In this document: piece by piece, positions 1-14,869 of the stretch
Numbering within the stretch: the first letter of the stretch is position 1
How the letters are laid out: every line of letters starts with the position of its first letter
Origin: Nannocystis pusilla
GTDB lineage: Bacteria; Myxococcota_A; Polyangia; Nannocystales; Nannocystaceae
Strand: one strand, 5' to 3'
NCBI RefSeq assembly: GCF_049060185.1
Contig: NZ_JBMEQO010000002.1
DNA: 64,000 bases
The notes under the pieces: generated by a model
The model's database searches: none
Seen by the model: the letters and a program-made list of their open reading frames with translations, nothing else
Told to the model about the DNA's origin: nothing
Made by a program: the position numbers and the translations under genes

Positions 1-1298
1 GGGCGAGCCGAGCAGCTGCTCGAGCGCGCGGGCGAGGCACCAGGCGCCGCGAGTGTCGTGGGCGTCGCGGGCGATGATGAACAGCGGCTCGACGCCGTGC
101 AGGGCGAGGCCGGCGCGGGTGATCACGTGATCGAGGGCGAGGCGGGCGGCGCGGGCGTTGCCGTCGACGAAGGGGTGGAAGAAGCAGACGTCGAGGTAGA
201 CGCGGGCGGCGCGGACGGTCAACGGCTCCGCGGAAGCGGCCTCGGCGAGGCAGGCGGTGAAGCGCTCGAAGGTGTCGGCGGCGAGGCCGTAGCGGTCGTG
301 GCCGCCGCGGGCGAAGGCCTCGGTGGTGCGGAAGCGGGGCGCGTCGATGCCGAGGACCTGCGCCTGCCAGGAGGCGAGGACGTCGAAGGTCAGCGGGTCA
401 CCGGAGCGGGCGTGGGCCCGGCAGGCCGTCAGAGCGGCGAGCATGCGATCGGCGCGGACCGGGTCGCGGGGCCGATCGCGCTGTTCGATGAAGAGGCGGT
501 GACCGTCGCGGTGGAGCAGGTTTCGCCGCCGCGAGCGCGGGGGTCGCGGAAGGCAGCGACGCGGGTCTCGAGCCAGGCGGCGAGGGCGTCGGGGCGCGGG
601 GCGGAGTCAGAGTCGCGGGCGGCGTCGGCGACGGCGAGACCGAGCCGGGCACAGGCCTCCTGGGCAGTGGCAGGATCGGGCGCGCACCAGCTCGAGAAGT
701 GGCCGCCGACGACGTGCTCCACGGCGAGCTGGACGTCGCTACCGGCGCGGCCGAACGACTCGAGGCACCACAGGAGCGCGCGGGTGAAGGTGTGGTACCA
801 GGCGTCCTCGGCGCCGGTGCGCTCGACGACGAGCGGCAAGAGGCGGGCCGCGGCGCGCTCGACCTGATCGGCGAGCGGGAGGTCGGCTGTCTCTTGGTAC
901 AGGTCGGCGAAGGTCGCGGCGAGGTCGACGAGGTATTGTTGCCACTCGGCGAGCGCCGCGACGACGCGCTCGACCGTGGCCTGCGGGTCGGGGTCGTCGC
1001 GGCGGAACAAGCTGTCGCGTGAGCAGCACCAGCCGCGCACCGGACCGCCGCCGCCGGGCTCGCTGGCGGCCCAGTGCCAGCCGGAGGCCCACGCGCCGTA
1101 CTCGCCGACGAACTCGCGGTCGAACTGCTCGATGAGGGTGTCCCGGACCTTCTGCGGGACCGCGCGCCAGCTCGCGCCGCGATCGGCGACTGTCGCCTGC
1201 ACGAGCCGCTCGACGATCCGCCGCGCCGGCTCGAGATCGAACTCGTGCCCGGCCGGGTCGACGTCGGACCAGCGCGAGCAGGACACGGTCATGAGCAT
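1..1298 (-). CDS. Fic/Doc family protein; 3' end runs off the window start; apparent frameshift near 545
   Basis: My minus-strand translation of 100-300 gives ...LDVCFFHPFVDGNARAARLALDHVITRAGLALHGVEPLFIIARDAHD..., a Fic-type motif HPFx(D/E)GNxR. The upstream part lies in the 429..1394 ORF frame, so two frames must be joined near 545. Confidence 0.6.
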
Positions 1299-1444
1299 GG
1301 CGGGCAGGGTATCACGCTGCGGCCGAGGCGGCCCGCGGACGAGACGACTCGGTGCTCGGTGAGGCGGACTGCGGCCGCGGCGGGTGCGTTCCACGGGCGA
1401 GATGGTGGCGTCCGGCGCGGCCGCGGGTGTTAGACTGGGCGCCC

Positions 1445-1798
1445 ATGGCTCGTCCGCGCGCGCGCAAGCTCGTGATCGCAGTCGTCGTCGGGCTCGCGGC
1501 GGCGGCGTACTTCGTCTACCCGTATGCGGTGGTGGCCTGGCTGGCGCGCTCGATCGCGGCGGCGACCACCGCGAGCGAGGAGACGGAGGCGCTGTGCCGG
1601 GCCAATCAGTGGTTTCATTCGGGCTGGGCGCCGACGTATTCGGTGGCCACGCGCGACCGCGACGGCGCGGAGCTGCGGCCGGGGCAAGACGGCTCGTACG
1701 AGCGCGTGGCCGCGGTCACGCTGACGTGGATGACGGGTCAATCGGTGTCGCGGGAGCTGCTGACGCGCGACGGGCTTTCGTGCGTGTTCGGTGAATGA
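1445..1798 (+). CDS. small hypothetical membrane-anchored protein
   Basis: Internal start MARPRARKLVIAVVVGLAAAAYFVYPYAVVAWLA has one hydrophobic helix. No family was recognised. Confidence 0.35.
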   Translation: MARPRARKLVIAVVVGLAAAAYFVYPYAVVAWLARSIAAATTASEETEALCRANQWFHSGWAPTYSVATRDRDGAELRPGQDGSYERVAAVTLTWMTGQSVSRELLTRDGLSCVFGE

Positions 1799-2041
1799 GG
1801 GGCGCGAGCCGCGGGAGCGTGGATTGTAGGGATGGCCTTGGGGACAGATTATTGGTCGATTAGATTGTCGTGGGTGAATAACGACGAGCGGCGAGGCGCG
1901 GGCGCGCGAAGAGCCCGAGCGGCGGCGCCCGGGCTTGATGGTGATCCCGGCGGGCTCGTGGCTGGAGCCCGCGCAGGCATCGTCGTTGCGGCGACTTGGG
2001 TCAAGAGCCCGCGAGGAAAATCGTCGGTGTGAGGATCGCGG

Positions 2042-2560
2042 TCATGCGGCGCCGCGCTCTTCCTCTTCGCCTTCTTCGACTTCTTCGCCCTCTTCGACGG
2101 CGGTCATGGCTTGCATGGCCTCGTCGCGGGCCTGCTCGTACTCCTGGGCGACCTGGGCGGCTTCGCGGTCGGAGAGCACTGCGCGGGCCATGGGGAACAG
2201 CTCGCCCTCCTCCTCGTCGACGTGGTGGCCGACCATGTCGGCGAGCACGTGGACCTTGGCCGACCACTCCTCGTCGCGCGGGGACATGGTGGCCAGCTCC
2301 TCGAGCAGGACGTCGACCTGGCGGTGCTCCTCGAGGCTGACGCGGATCTTCTCGGAGGCGCTCCGCTCGCCCAGCAGCCGCGAATAGACGGTCGTCTCCT
2401 CGCCGCGGGAGTGCGGCACGAGCTTGAGCTGGATCTCGGCGAACAGCTTCAGCGCGGCGTTGCCCTTGGCTTCCTTGAGCTGGTGCAGCAGCTCGCTCAC
2501 TTCCTCGTGTTCGCGCTTCAGGATGTCGTAGATCTGGATCTGAGGCTGGGTCTTGGGCAT
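2042..2560 (-). CDS. hemerythrin HHE cation-binding domain protein
   Basis: ILKREHEEVSELLHQL, LEEHRQVDVLLEEL and HHVDEEEGELFP are H/E motifs typical of hemerythrin-like proteins. The tail is acidic. The ORF is intact. Confidence 0.75.
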   Translation of the reverse strand: MPKTQPQIQIYDILKREHEEVSELLHQLKEAKGNAALKLFAEIQLKLVPHSRGEETTVYSRLLGERSASEKIRVSLEEHRQVDVLLEELATMSPRDEEWSAKVHVLADMVGHHVDEEEGELFPMARAVLSDREAAQVAQEYEQARDEAMQAMTAVEEGEEVEEGEEEERGAA

Positions 2561-3093
2561 GGTCGTGTTCCTTGCGGTTGGGGGTCAGTGGATCGGCCTG
2601 CGTCCGGTCCCGGTCGCCGATCCGAAGGGTTTGGGGGACTGACGGTCAGGCTGCTGAGATCGCCGTGCAAGCGAGCGCGCTCGGCCGCGAAGCAGGCGCC
2701 GAGGCCGGTCGCCTCGCGGTCGCTGAGCGCGACCCTCGCCGTCGAGAACAGGCCGCGCTCCTCGTCACGCAAATGCCGGGCCAGCTCCTCGCACAGCGAG
2801 GCGATCGTGGGACGCCAGAGATCGTCGTCGGCGAGGACGCGCTCGGCGTCGAGGAGGCGCACTTCGAGGCGCTTGTGCTCCTCGAGGCCCTGGAGGGCCC
2901 GCTGCTGGGTGGTCTTGACGTGGATCAGGTAGCTGTAGAGGACGCCCGCGGCGGCGCGCGTAGGCGACGTACTGGCTGCGCAGCTGGTTGAACGGCTGCA
3001 GTCGGTCAGCCCCGGCTCGACGCCGCGGAGGCGGACGATCGAGCGCTGGAGCCGCTCGTGCTCCTCGCGCAGGTGCTGGAAGATCGAGGCCAT
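2518..3093 (-). CDS. hemerythrin-like protein, paralog of the 2042-2560 gene, with a local frame anomaly near 2945-3010
   Basis: N-term MASIFQHLREEHERLQ and C-term EEHKRLEVRLLDAE...RHLRDEERGLF align to the neighbouring hemerythrin. The best-aligning middle segment, RLQPFNQLRSQYVAYARR, lies in a different frame. Two compensating 1-nt shifts would be needed. Confidence 0.5.
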   Translation of the reverse strand: MASIFQHLREEHERLQRSIVRLRGVEPGLTDCSRSTSCAASTSPTRAAAGVLYSYLIHVKTTQQRALQGLEEHKRLEVRLLDAERVLADDDLWRPTIASLCEELARHLRDEERGLFSTARVALSDREATGLGACFAAERARLHGDLSSLTVSPPNPSDRRPGPDAGRSTDPQPQGTRPCPRPSLRSRSTTS

Positions 3094-3469
3094 GATGACG
3101 CTCCTCCGGCCTCCGCGAGCTCGGCGATACCGATCCGGCGGCCTGAAACGAGGGTGCGCAGATTTGTTGCATGGGCAAGAGTCGGCGGCCGAACGACGTC
3201 GCGGTCGCGTGCAGCGGCGGTCGATCGCTCGACGTAGCGAAGCCGCGGCAGAGTGAGGCAGAAGAGTCCGCCGCCGCAGTCGCTACGACGAAGGTCACTG
3301 GGGCCACGGTCGAGCTTCGCGCGCAGGACGCGACCTCGGACAATCCATTGGAATGGCCGCTGCCGCGTCGGCTACTTGCTGTGGTTCGCTGCAGCGATCG
3401 CCGGTAGGCTCGCCGAAGGTCGCGTACGGCGAACGAGGGGCTGCAGCCGCTGGGCGTGATTGGGCTGCC

Positions 3470-4240
3470 GGTGATGCGAATGCGGGAGAGATCCAAGGTT
3501 GGCGGGGCGAGGGCGCGGAGCGGCGGCTGCTGGTGAGGAGAATGCGAGCCGTGTCCCGACGCCGGGGATGTCGCTATTCGGCGGAACTGCGGGGGCGGCG
3601 TCGGCTGCCGGCCAGGTCCGAACGGCTCGGGTTCCGACGAGGATACGGTGATTCAGCAGCGCTGCGGGGCGGGCGCCGGCTGCCGTGGGATCCGCATGCG
3701 CGCCCGCCGACGTGCGGGACACGGACCGGCGATTTGTCCGATCGCGGGGGCGTCGGAGCGGTGATGAGAATGCGCGTTCCGCTCGACGTGCGGGATGGAG
3801 GCCGGTGATTCGCCCGATCGCGGGGGGCGTCGGGGGCGGTGATGAGAATGTTGGCCGCGTCCGCGGCTCGGGACGGGGAGCGTGATTCGCCGGGGCCGCG
3901 GGGGCGCGCGCGAGGGGACGGTGCACCTGCAGCCGCGGGCGTGAGTGCGGAGCGGAGACCGGTAATTCGCCCGATCGCGGGGGGCGGTGATGGGAGGCTC
4001 GGGACGGGGAGCGGTGATTCGCCGGAGCCGCCGGGGGTCGTGCGCGAGGGGCCGCTGCGCCTGCAGCTGCGGGCGTGAGTGCGTGACGGAGACCGGCGGT
4101 TCGTCCGATCGCGGGGCGTCGGGGGCGGTGATGGGAATGGGAGCGGCGTTCGACGGACGAGGGCGGTGATTGGTCGGAGCCGCGGGCGGCCGTGCGCGAG
4201 GGGCCGGTGCGCCTGCAGCCGCGGTGTGGTTCGTCGCAGA
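3470..4240. repeat. imperfect intergenic tandem repeat; 3 full units of about 136-150 bp plus shorter partial units
   Basis: Recurring landmarks are gatcgcgggg(g)gcg, ggtgatg(a/g)gaatg and gcgcgaggggccgNtgcgcctgcagcYgcgg, spaced 86, 147, 136 and 150 bp apart. No coherent ORF crosses it. Confidence 0.7.
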
Positions 4241-4359
4241 CGGCGACGCAGCGCAGCGTCGTGACGAGGAAGCTCGCGCTGGGGCGCTCGGCTGGCGTGA
4301 ATCGGCCGGCCGACGCGCGATGGCATCGGCCGGCCTCGTAAACCCGCGGAGGCGGGCTG

Positions 4360-4677
4360 CTAGTGCGCCTTGGTCGGGGCGGGCTCGCCGGCGGGCTTGT
4401 CGGGCGAGGTGGCGCCCGCGGCTCCGCCGGGTGGCTCGTGGCCGGGGTCGGGGGTGTGGACGTTGCTCGGGTTGGCGGCGCCGGCGGAGGGCCCGGGGTG
4501 CCGCTGTTCGCGGGCTGGGCCGTGGGATGGGGGTTGGTGCGGGTGTCGGCCGGCGCCGGGGTCCCGGGCCCTGGGTTGCGATTCGCAGGCGGGGGCTCTT
4601 TGGTGCGGTCGCCGCAGGCCGCGAGCGCGATCAGGCAGGCGAGGCCGAGCCGGAGGGGAAGCTTGATGGGAGCGCAT
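4360..4677 (-). CDS. putative small Pro-rich lipoprotein; signal peptide lies +1 out of frame with the ATG
   Basis: ATG at 4677 is followed, after a 1-nt shift in a CCC run, by RSIKLPLRLGLACLIALAACGD, a lipobox, then a Pro/Thr-rich tail. This is a weak call. Confidence 0.3.
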   Translation of the reverse strand: MRSHQASPPARPRLPDRARGLRRPHQRAPACESQPRARDPGAGRHPHQPPSHGPAREQRHPGPSAGAANPSNVHTPDPGHEPPGGAAGATSPDKPAGEPAPTKAH

Positions 4678-4726
4678 GGTCAGTTCCTTTCTCGTGCGCG
4701 TCCCGATGGCACGACCGGTGGCGGCG

Positions 4727-5250
4727 TCATGGGGGCGCGGGGTCGATTTCGCTTTCGCGGGGGTAGCGATGGTGCGAGTCGAGCGCGCGGGCAAGGCGGA
4801 CCTGCTCCAGCGGTTCGCCTGTCAATGCCAGCAGTTCCTCCTCGGTCGGGGCGCGTCCGTGGAGGGTGGTGAATGCGCGCAGGTGGTGCGCAGCTCGGCC
4901 CGCGGGCGAGGTCCGGGCGCCGGCGGCGGGGCGAGGTGGCGACGGATCATGCGCCGGATCCACCACTCGGCGAACCGGTCGAAGCGGACGCCGCGGCGGG
5001 GATCGTAGCGCCCCACGGCCCACTGCAGCCCCTGGCTGGCGACGACGACCAGCTCGGCGCAGCCGCGCCCGGGCGGCCGCAAGGCGCGGACGAGGCGGCC
5101 GATCTGCTCGTCGCGGGCGCGCAGGAGGTTCAGGGCGGCGTCCAGGGCCGCCTGGCGCCGCTCGAGGATGTCGCACCAGCGGCCGAGGGCGGGCTCGGCG
5201 AGGGGGACCGAGCGACGGGCGAGGATGTCGCCGACGAGGCGGCGGACCAG
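4727..5250 (-). pseudogene. sigma-70 family fragment covering region 2 to region 3, frameshifted and lacking region 4
   Basis: One frame reads ...AELVVVASQGLQWAVGRYDPRRGVRFDRFAEWWIRRMIRRHL, i.e. regions 2.1-2.3. The adjacent frame reads RAAHHLRAFTTLHGRAPTEEELLALTGEPLEQVRLARAL, i.e. region 3. No region 4 appears in any frame downstream. Confidence 0.45.
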
Positions 5251-5949
5251 GCAGCGGTCGGGATCGGCGGGCCCCAGGGCGTCGGAGGCGGCCCGGCGCG
5301 CGGCTTCGTAGGCCAGGCGCGCGCCGAGGTCGTCGCCGCGGCCGAGGACCTGGGCGGCGGCTTCGAGGCGGCGCAGGGGCCGTCCGGGCGCAGCTCGGGG
5401 TGCAGGGCCCGGTGCGCGAGTTCGGCGATCGAGGCGAGCGCGGCGGGCTGGCCGAGCAGCGCGCGCCACAGGTCGGCGCGCAGCTCGAAGCAGCGGACGG
5501 CCGCGCCGCTGGACGGGTGGCGCGAGACGGGCAGCGCGTCGAGGGGCGGTCCCGTCCCGCCGGGGCCAGCGCGCGCGAGAGGGAGCCGAGGAGCGAGCGG
5601 GGTCATGACGGCGCTGAAGACCAGCGTGTTCGGGAGCGCACGAGGTCGCAAGTCGCGGGTCGGACGAATCATTGTTCGTCGACCGCGAGACTGCTGCGAG
5701 ACGCTGGTGCGAGTGAAGGAGGAATTGCGGGTCGGTCGGGGCTCTCGGCCATGCGCGAGGCGCGGTCGAGCAGTGACGGCGGGCGCCTGTACTTCGGGAC
5801 AGCTCTCGACCTATCTGCCCTCTGTCGACCGAGCGACCGCAGCTCGCTGCGACTTTGACGAGGCGACGTCGCCCCACTCACCGCCCATCGCAGCGCGCCG
5901 ATCCGAGACCTCCTCACGCTGGGGTTATTCCGGGCGAGCGCATGAAAGG

Positions 5950-6215
5950 GGCACCCGCGAGGTTCTGCTTCGCGGTCGGTGATTCGCCCGGCGAGCGCAA
6001 GAGAGGGACAAGGAGGAGCGCGGGGCTCTTCGCGGACCGTGGGTGTTTCCCGGCGAGCGCAGGCGCGGGGAAGGAGGGAGCGCGGGGCTCTTCGCGGACA
6101 GTGGCGTTTCTGGGCGAGCGCAGGCGAGGGGGAAGGAGGGAGCGCGGGGCTCTTCGCGGACAGTGGGTGCTTTCCCGCGAGCGCAGGAGAGGGGCGGAGG
6201 AGAGAGCGCGCGGCG
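5950..6215. repeat. tandem repeat of about 62 bp, 3 near-identical and 2 degenerate copies
   Basis: gggagcgcggggctcttcgcggac begins at 6015, 6077 and 6139. The first copy contains ggtgattcgcc, also found in the 3470-4240 array. Confidence 0.7.
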
Positions 6216-7392
6216 GTTCGTCGAAGGGGTCGAAGGTCGGCGTCTTCAGAGCTGCGGGTCAGGGCGGCGCGGCGCCTTCGTACCTGGTCTTTCGGGCAGG
6301 TCGAGGATGGCCGGTCGCTCGGCGGCGGAGCGAGACGAGGCGCCGACGGTGCGAGTCGCACTCGCGTCGAAGTCTCGCCGCTCGCAGTCGTCGGCCTGCG
6401 CCTGCTCGCTCCGCAGCGGGTACGCATAGGCCGACGACTGCGGCGGAATCTTGGGAGAGGGCGCCCGGGTGCAAGGCGCGGTGATTTCAGCGACGCGGGC
6501 GGGCGGCGCACTCGGGGCAATCGCTCCGGGGCTCGCTCGAGCCGCGAGCGTCGGGGCGTCGCTCGACGCGAATCGCGCCATCTCTGGTAAGAACCCTGGC
6601 AATGCGGGCCTGTGATGAAGGCTCCAACTTTGCTCTCAGCGGACGAAAAGCGCCCCGCATCCCCATTTCACACGGCGCCGAGCGGTTGCCGCCCCGGGCG
6701 ACCCGACCAACGTTGGCACGACGACGATGCGCGAAATCGCTACCGCCATGCAGCTCCCGAGTCCGCAGGGAGCGGACACGAGCCGGGAAAATCGGCGCAA
6801 GGCCCGCGAGCGGGCTCGCGTAGCGAATGTCCATTCGGCTGGCGCCTCGCGGCGCGTCCTGTCGAGTCCGCGCAGTACGGTCTCCCTGGCACCCTCCCCG
6901 GCGGCGCGGCCGCAGCGGGCGGCGTCTGTGAGTCCCGCGAATCGGGCTCAGCTCCGACGGAGTGGCCGAGACCGCCGGGCGCGAGCTGCGGTGAAATCTC
7001 GTTTGTGCTCACTCCAGGCGGCGCCCGCGACAGGGCGCGCATCTGCGGTTTCGACGAGTCCGCGGATGACTCGAGGGCGGGCGAGGCGTCGACCGGTGCG
7101 GCATTTGACCGCGAGCACACCGAGGACGTGGTCGGCGCCGAGAGCGGGGTGACCCCGACGGCTCTCGCGAGCCCTTCGGGCGATCGGTGGTCGTCCACGC
7201 CGAGCCCGACGTCGATGATGCGCCGCATCGAGCCCTGAACTGCAGTGCGTCCCTCGCCTGCAGGGCGGGTGATCCCCGCGGCGAGCGGCGCGACTGGACC
7301 AGTCCACAAAGTGAGCTCGAGGTCAGGGGTTTTTCCGTGCTGAACGCCGTTGAGGTGTTTGTTAACTTCCAGGCGACGCCTTCGGAGCTGGG

Positions 7393-8078
7393 GTGAACGA
7401 GGACGCAGCCAGTCAAGCGGACGTCGGCGCGGACGCATCGCCCTCGCGGGCGCGTCCGCGAGTGTTGTTGGCCGACGATCACACGCTGGTCCGCGAGGGC
7501 CTGGTGCGCTTGCTGGCGGCCGAGCTCGAGATCGTGGGGGCGGTGGCCGACGGCCGCGCGCTCGTCTCGGCGGCCGAACAATGTCAACCCGACGTGGTGC
7601 TCGTCGACGTGACGATGCCGCTGCTCAACGGTTTCGACGCGGCGCGCCAACTGCAGCGAGTGTGCCCGCGAGGGCGGATCATCTTCGTCACGGTCCACGC
7701 GGAGCCGGATTACGTGCAGGAGGCGTTTCGCGCGGGAGCGCACGGTTATGTGGTGAAGACGGCCGCGTCGTCGGAGCTGTTGCTGGCGGTGCGTCGGGTG
7801 CTGGCCGGCGGCACCTTCGTGTCGCCGGGGCTGGTCTACGAGCCGCGGCCCGGCGCGCTCGAAGAGGGGCTGGTGGGGGCGAGCTGTCGTCGCGTCAACG
7901 CGAGGTGCTGCAGCTCGTCGCCGAGGGTCGGCCGGCTCGCGAGATCGGCGACATCCTCGGCATCTCGCGCAAGACGGTCGAGTTTCACAAGGCGCGACTC
8001 ATGCGAGTGCTGGGCCTGCGCACGGTCGCCGAGCTGACTCGCTATGCGGTCGAACACGGGCTGCTTCCGGGTCGCTGA
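7393..8078 (+). CDS. NarL/LuxR-family response regulator (REC + HTH_LuxR); 1-nt frameshift in a G6 run near 7875
   Basis: REC: RVLLADDHTLVREGLVRLL...VVLVDVTMPLLNGFDAARQL. HTH, in the adjacent frame: LSSRQREVLQLVAEGRPAREIGDILGISRKTVEFHKARLM. The start codon is GTG. Confidence 0.7.
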
Positions 8079-8154
8079 GGACCCATGCCATGGAGAGGAG
8101 CGGACACGTGCTTGAACTTCATGCTCAATCGGGTACGGTGTTCATGGATGGTTG

Positions 8155-8797
8155 CATGCGACCGCGAGTGATTCTCGTCGACGACCAGACGATGGTGCTC
8201 GAGTGCCTGAGCGTGTTGCTCGGCGGCGAGTTCGAGGTCGTCGGGGCGTTCACCGACGGGGCGAAGGCGCTGGCGGCCGCGCGCGAGCTGCAGCCCGACG
8301 TGGTGGCGCTCGAGCTCGAGCTGCCGACGCTGGGCGGGCTCGAACTGCTGCGCGCGCTGCAGACGAGCTCGGCGAGCCGCGCGGTGGTCGTCACGCGCCA
8401 CGCGGACCCGCAGTGGGCCCACTCGGCCCTGGCCGCGGGAGCCCGCGGGTACGTGCTCAAGGACGCGTCGCCGGAGGAGCTGGTCGCCGGGGTGCGCACG
8501 GTCGCCGCGGGCGGCAGCCACGTCAGCCCGGCGATCGAGGCGCTGCTCAAGGGGACGAGCGAGACGGCGCCGCGGCGACGCGGGGGCAACCTGCTCACCA
8601 CGCGTCAACGCGAGATCCTGGTCCGCGTCGCGTCGGGCATGGCGGGCAAGGAGATCGCCGGCGACCTGGGCATCGCGCTCAAGACGGTCGAGTTCCACAA
8701 GGCGCGGATCTCCCAGCAGCTCGGGCTGCGCTCGCGGGCGGCGATGACCCGCTACGCGCTCGAGCACGGGCTGGCGCCGCTGCGCAAGCGCGACTGA
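8155..8797 (+). CDS. NarL/LuxR-family response regulator (REC + HTH_LuxR), intact
   Basis: RVILVDDQTMVLECLSVLL...DVVALELELPTLGG is the REC domain. LTTRQREILVRVASGMAGKEIAGDLGIALKTVEFHKARI is the LuxR HTH. Confidence 0.85.
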
Positions 8798-9001
8798 CGA
8801 GCCGCGGGTGCCGTGACTGGCGGGATTGCAGCTCGACGCGCGGTAGGTGGGTCATGGGACGGGATGACCGTCGGCGAGCGGGATATGCAGCGCGAGACGA
8901 GTGACGGTCCGCTCTCGGAAAGCGGGATGTGCAACGCGACGCGGTTGCTTGTGACGGTCCGCTCTCGGCGAGCGGGATGGGCAGCGCGACGCGGTTGACG
9001 C

Positions 9002-13626
<4,625 letters not shown>

Positions 13627-13682
13627 GGTGGGCGTGCAGCCCAGTCGAGCGGCACGGGCAGAGGAACTCGGGTCCTCGATCG

Positions 13683-14765
13683 TCAATCGTCGGGCGCTCC
13701 GGCCAGGTCGATGGAGGGCAGGTCGGGCTGCGGCAGGTCGGGCGGCGGCGCGGTCGGGGTCGGCGGCGTCAGTTGCACGGAGGTGCGGTTCAGCAGCGGC
13801 CGCAGCGTGGTGGCGTACTCCTCGATCTCGACGGCGTTCTGCTCGTACTGCCGCGACAGCGCGAGCAACCCGGCCGAGCCGGTGCGCTCGGCCTGCCGAC
13901 GGTACAGCGCGGCGTTCTCCTCGAGCGCCCGCAGGGCGCCCCACAAGGCACCCTCGAGCTTGGAGCCCTGCTCGGCCAGCAGCACCTCGGCGGTGAAGCC
14001 GTGGCCGACGTGACAGCGGAAGCGCAGCAGCTTGTCGCCGTCGGCCAGCTCCCACAGCGCGCCGCCGCATTCAGGGCAGGTGAACGGCGAGCGCGGGCCG
14101 GGCGGCTCGCTGTGCTGGAGCGCGGTGCCGTATTCGGCGGTGTCCTCGGTCTGGGCGGCCGGCGCCTGGGTGTCGGCCACGTGCTGCCGGATGAGCTGGC
14201 TCAAGACCTCGGGGATCGCGGCGGCCCGCAGGACGCTGTGGACCTCGACGGTCTGGATCGCCGACAGCGGCATGCTGGGGATCGTGGCTTCGGCCGGGTC
14301 CTGGGCGATCGCCAGGCCGCCGGCCTCGGTGATGCGCAGCAGACCCTCGGTGCCGTCGTTGAGGCCGCCCGAGAGGATGACGCCGATGACGCGCGCGCCG
14401 TAGGCGGAGGCGGCGCTGCGGAACAGCGGGTCGACCGCCGGGCGGAAGCCGTTCTCCTTGGGCCCGCGGGTGACTCGCACGTAGGCGCGCTTGACGAGCA
14501 AGTGATGATCGGGGCGGGCGACGTAGATCCGGCCGCGCTCGATGGCCTGGCGGTCCTCGGCGAGGGCGGCCGGCAGGACCGTGGCCCGCCCCAGCAGGGT
14601 CGACAGCATCCCGGGGTTGTCGGGCGACATGTGCATCGCCACGAACACCGCGGCCGGGAAATCGCTCGGCAGCCCGCGCACGATGTCGAGCAACGCGGTG
14701 AGGCCGCCGGCGGATGCCCCCATCACGACGATGTCACGCGGTGCGGTGGGGTTCGCTTTCGGCAA
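13683..14765 (-). CDS. stand-alone CheB-type methylesterase (no receiver) with C-terminal Cys/His-containing domain
   Basis: IVVMGASAGGLTAL...AVFVAMHMSPD...GVILSGGLNDGTEGL...QDPAEATIPSMP, then FTCPECGGAL...RFRCHVGHGF. The ORF is intact. Confidence 0.8.
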   Translation of the reverse strand: MPKANPTAPRDIVVMGASAGGLTALLDIVRGLPSDFPAAVFVAMHMSPDNPGMLSTLLGRATVLPAALAEDRQAIERGRIYVARPDHHLLVKRAYVRVTRGPKENGFRPAVDPLFRSAASAYGARVIGVILSGGLNDGTEGLLRITEAGGLAIAQDPAEATIPSMPLSAIQTVEVHSVLRAAAIPEVLSQLIRQHVADTQAPAAQTEDTAEYGTALQHSEPPGPRSPFTCPECGGALWELADGDKLLRFRCHVGHGFTAEVLLAEQGSKLEGALWGALRALEENAALYRRQAERTGSAGLLALSRQYEQNAVEIEEYATTLRPLLNRTSVQLTPPTPTAPPPDLPQPDLPSIDLAGAPDD

Positions 14766-14869
14766 GGTGCCATGGATGTTTCATTCCCCGCCGGTCGCAG
14801 GCAAGCCAAATCGTCGGGACGAGGGAATATGGGCTCCGACGTTTGTAATTCGGTTCACACGTTCGTCAG

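Noticed and set aside
3470-4240. CRISPR array
   Set aside because: Repeats here and at 5950-6215, 15960-16560, 18565-18975 and 27975-28310 are imperfect, contiguous, and lack unique spacers of 30-40 bp. The 9-mer array has spacers of only 10-12 nt. No cas-like genes are present.
4363-4872. Gly-rich plus-strand ORF (169 aa) and neighbouring ORFs 4170-4766
   Set aside because: These are poly-G/A/R translations antisense to the Pro-rich lipoprotein candidate. No domain features were seen.
6600-7390. ORFs 6612-7238 (+) and 6740-7438 (-) upstream of response regulator 1
   Set aside because: No recognisable domains and an amino-acid composition typical of GC-driven ORFs. Treated as the promoter and leader region of the regulator gene.
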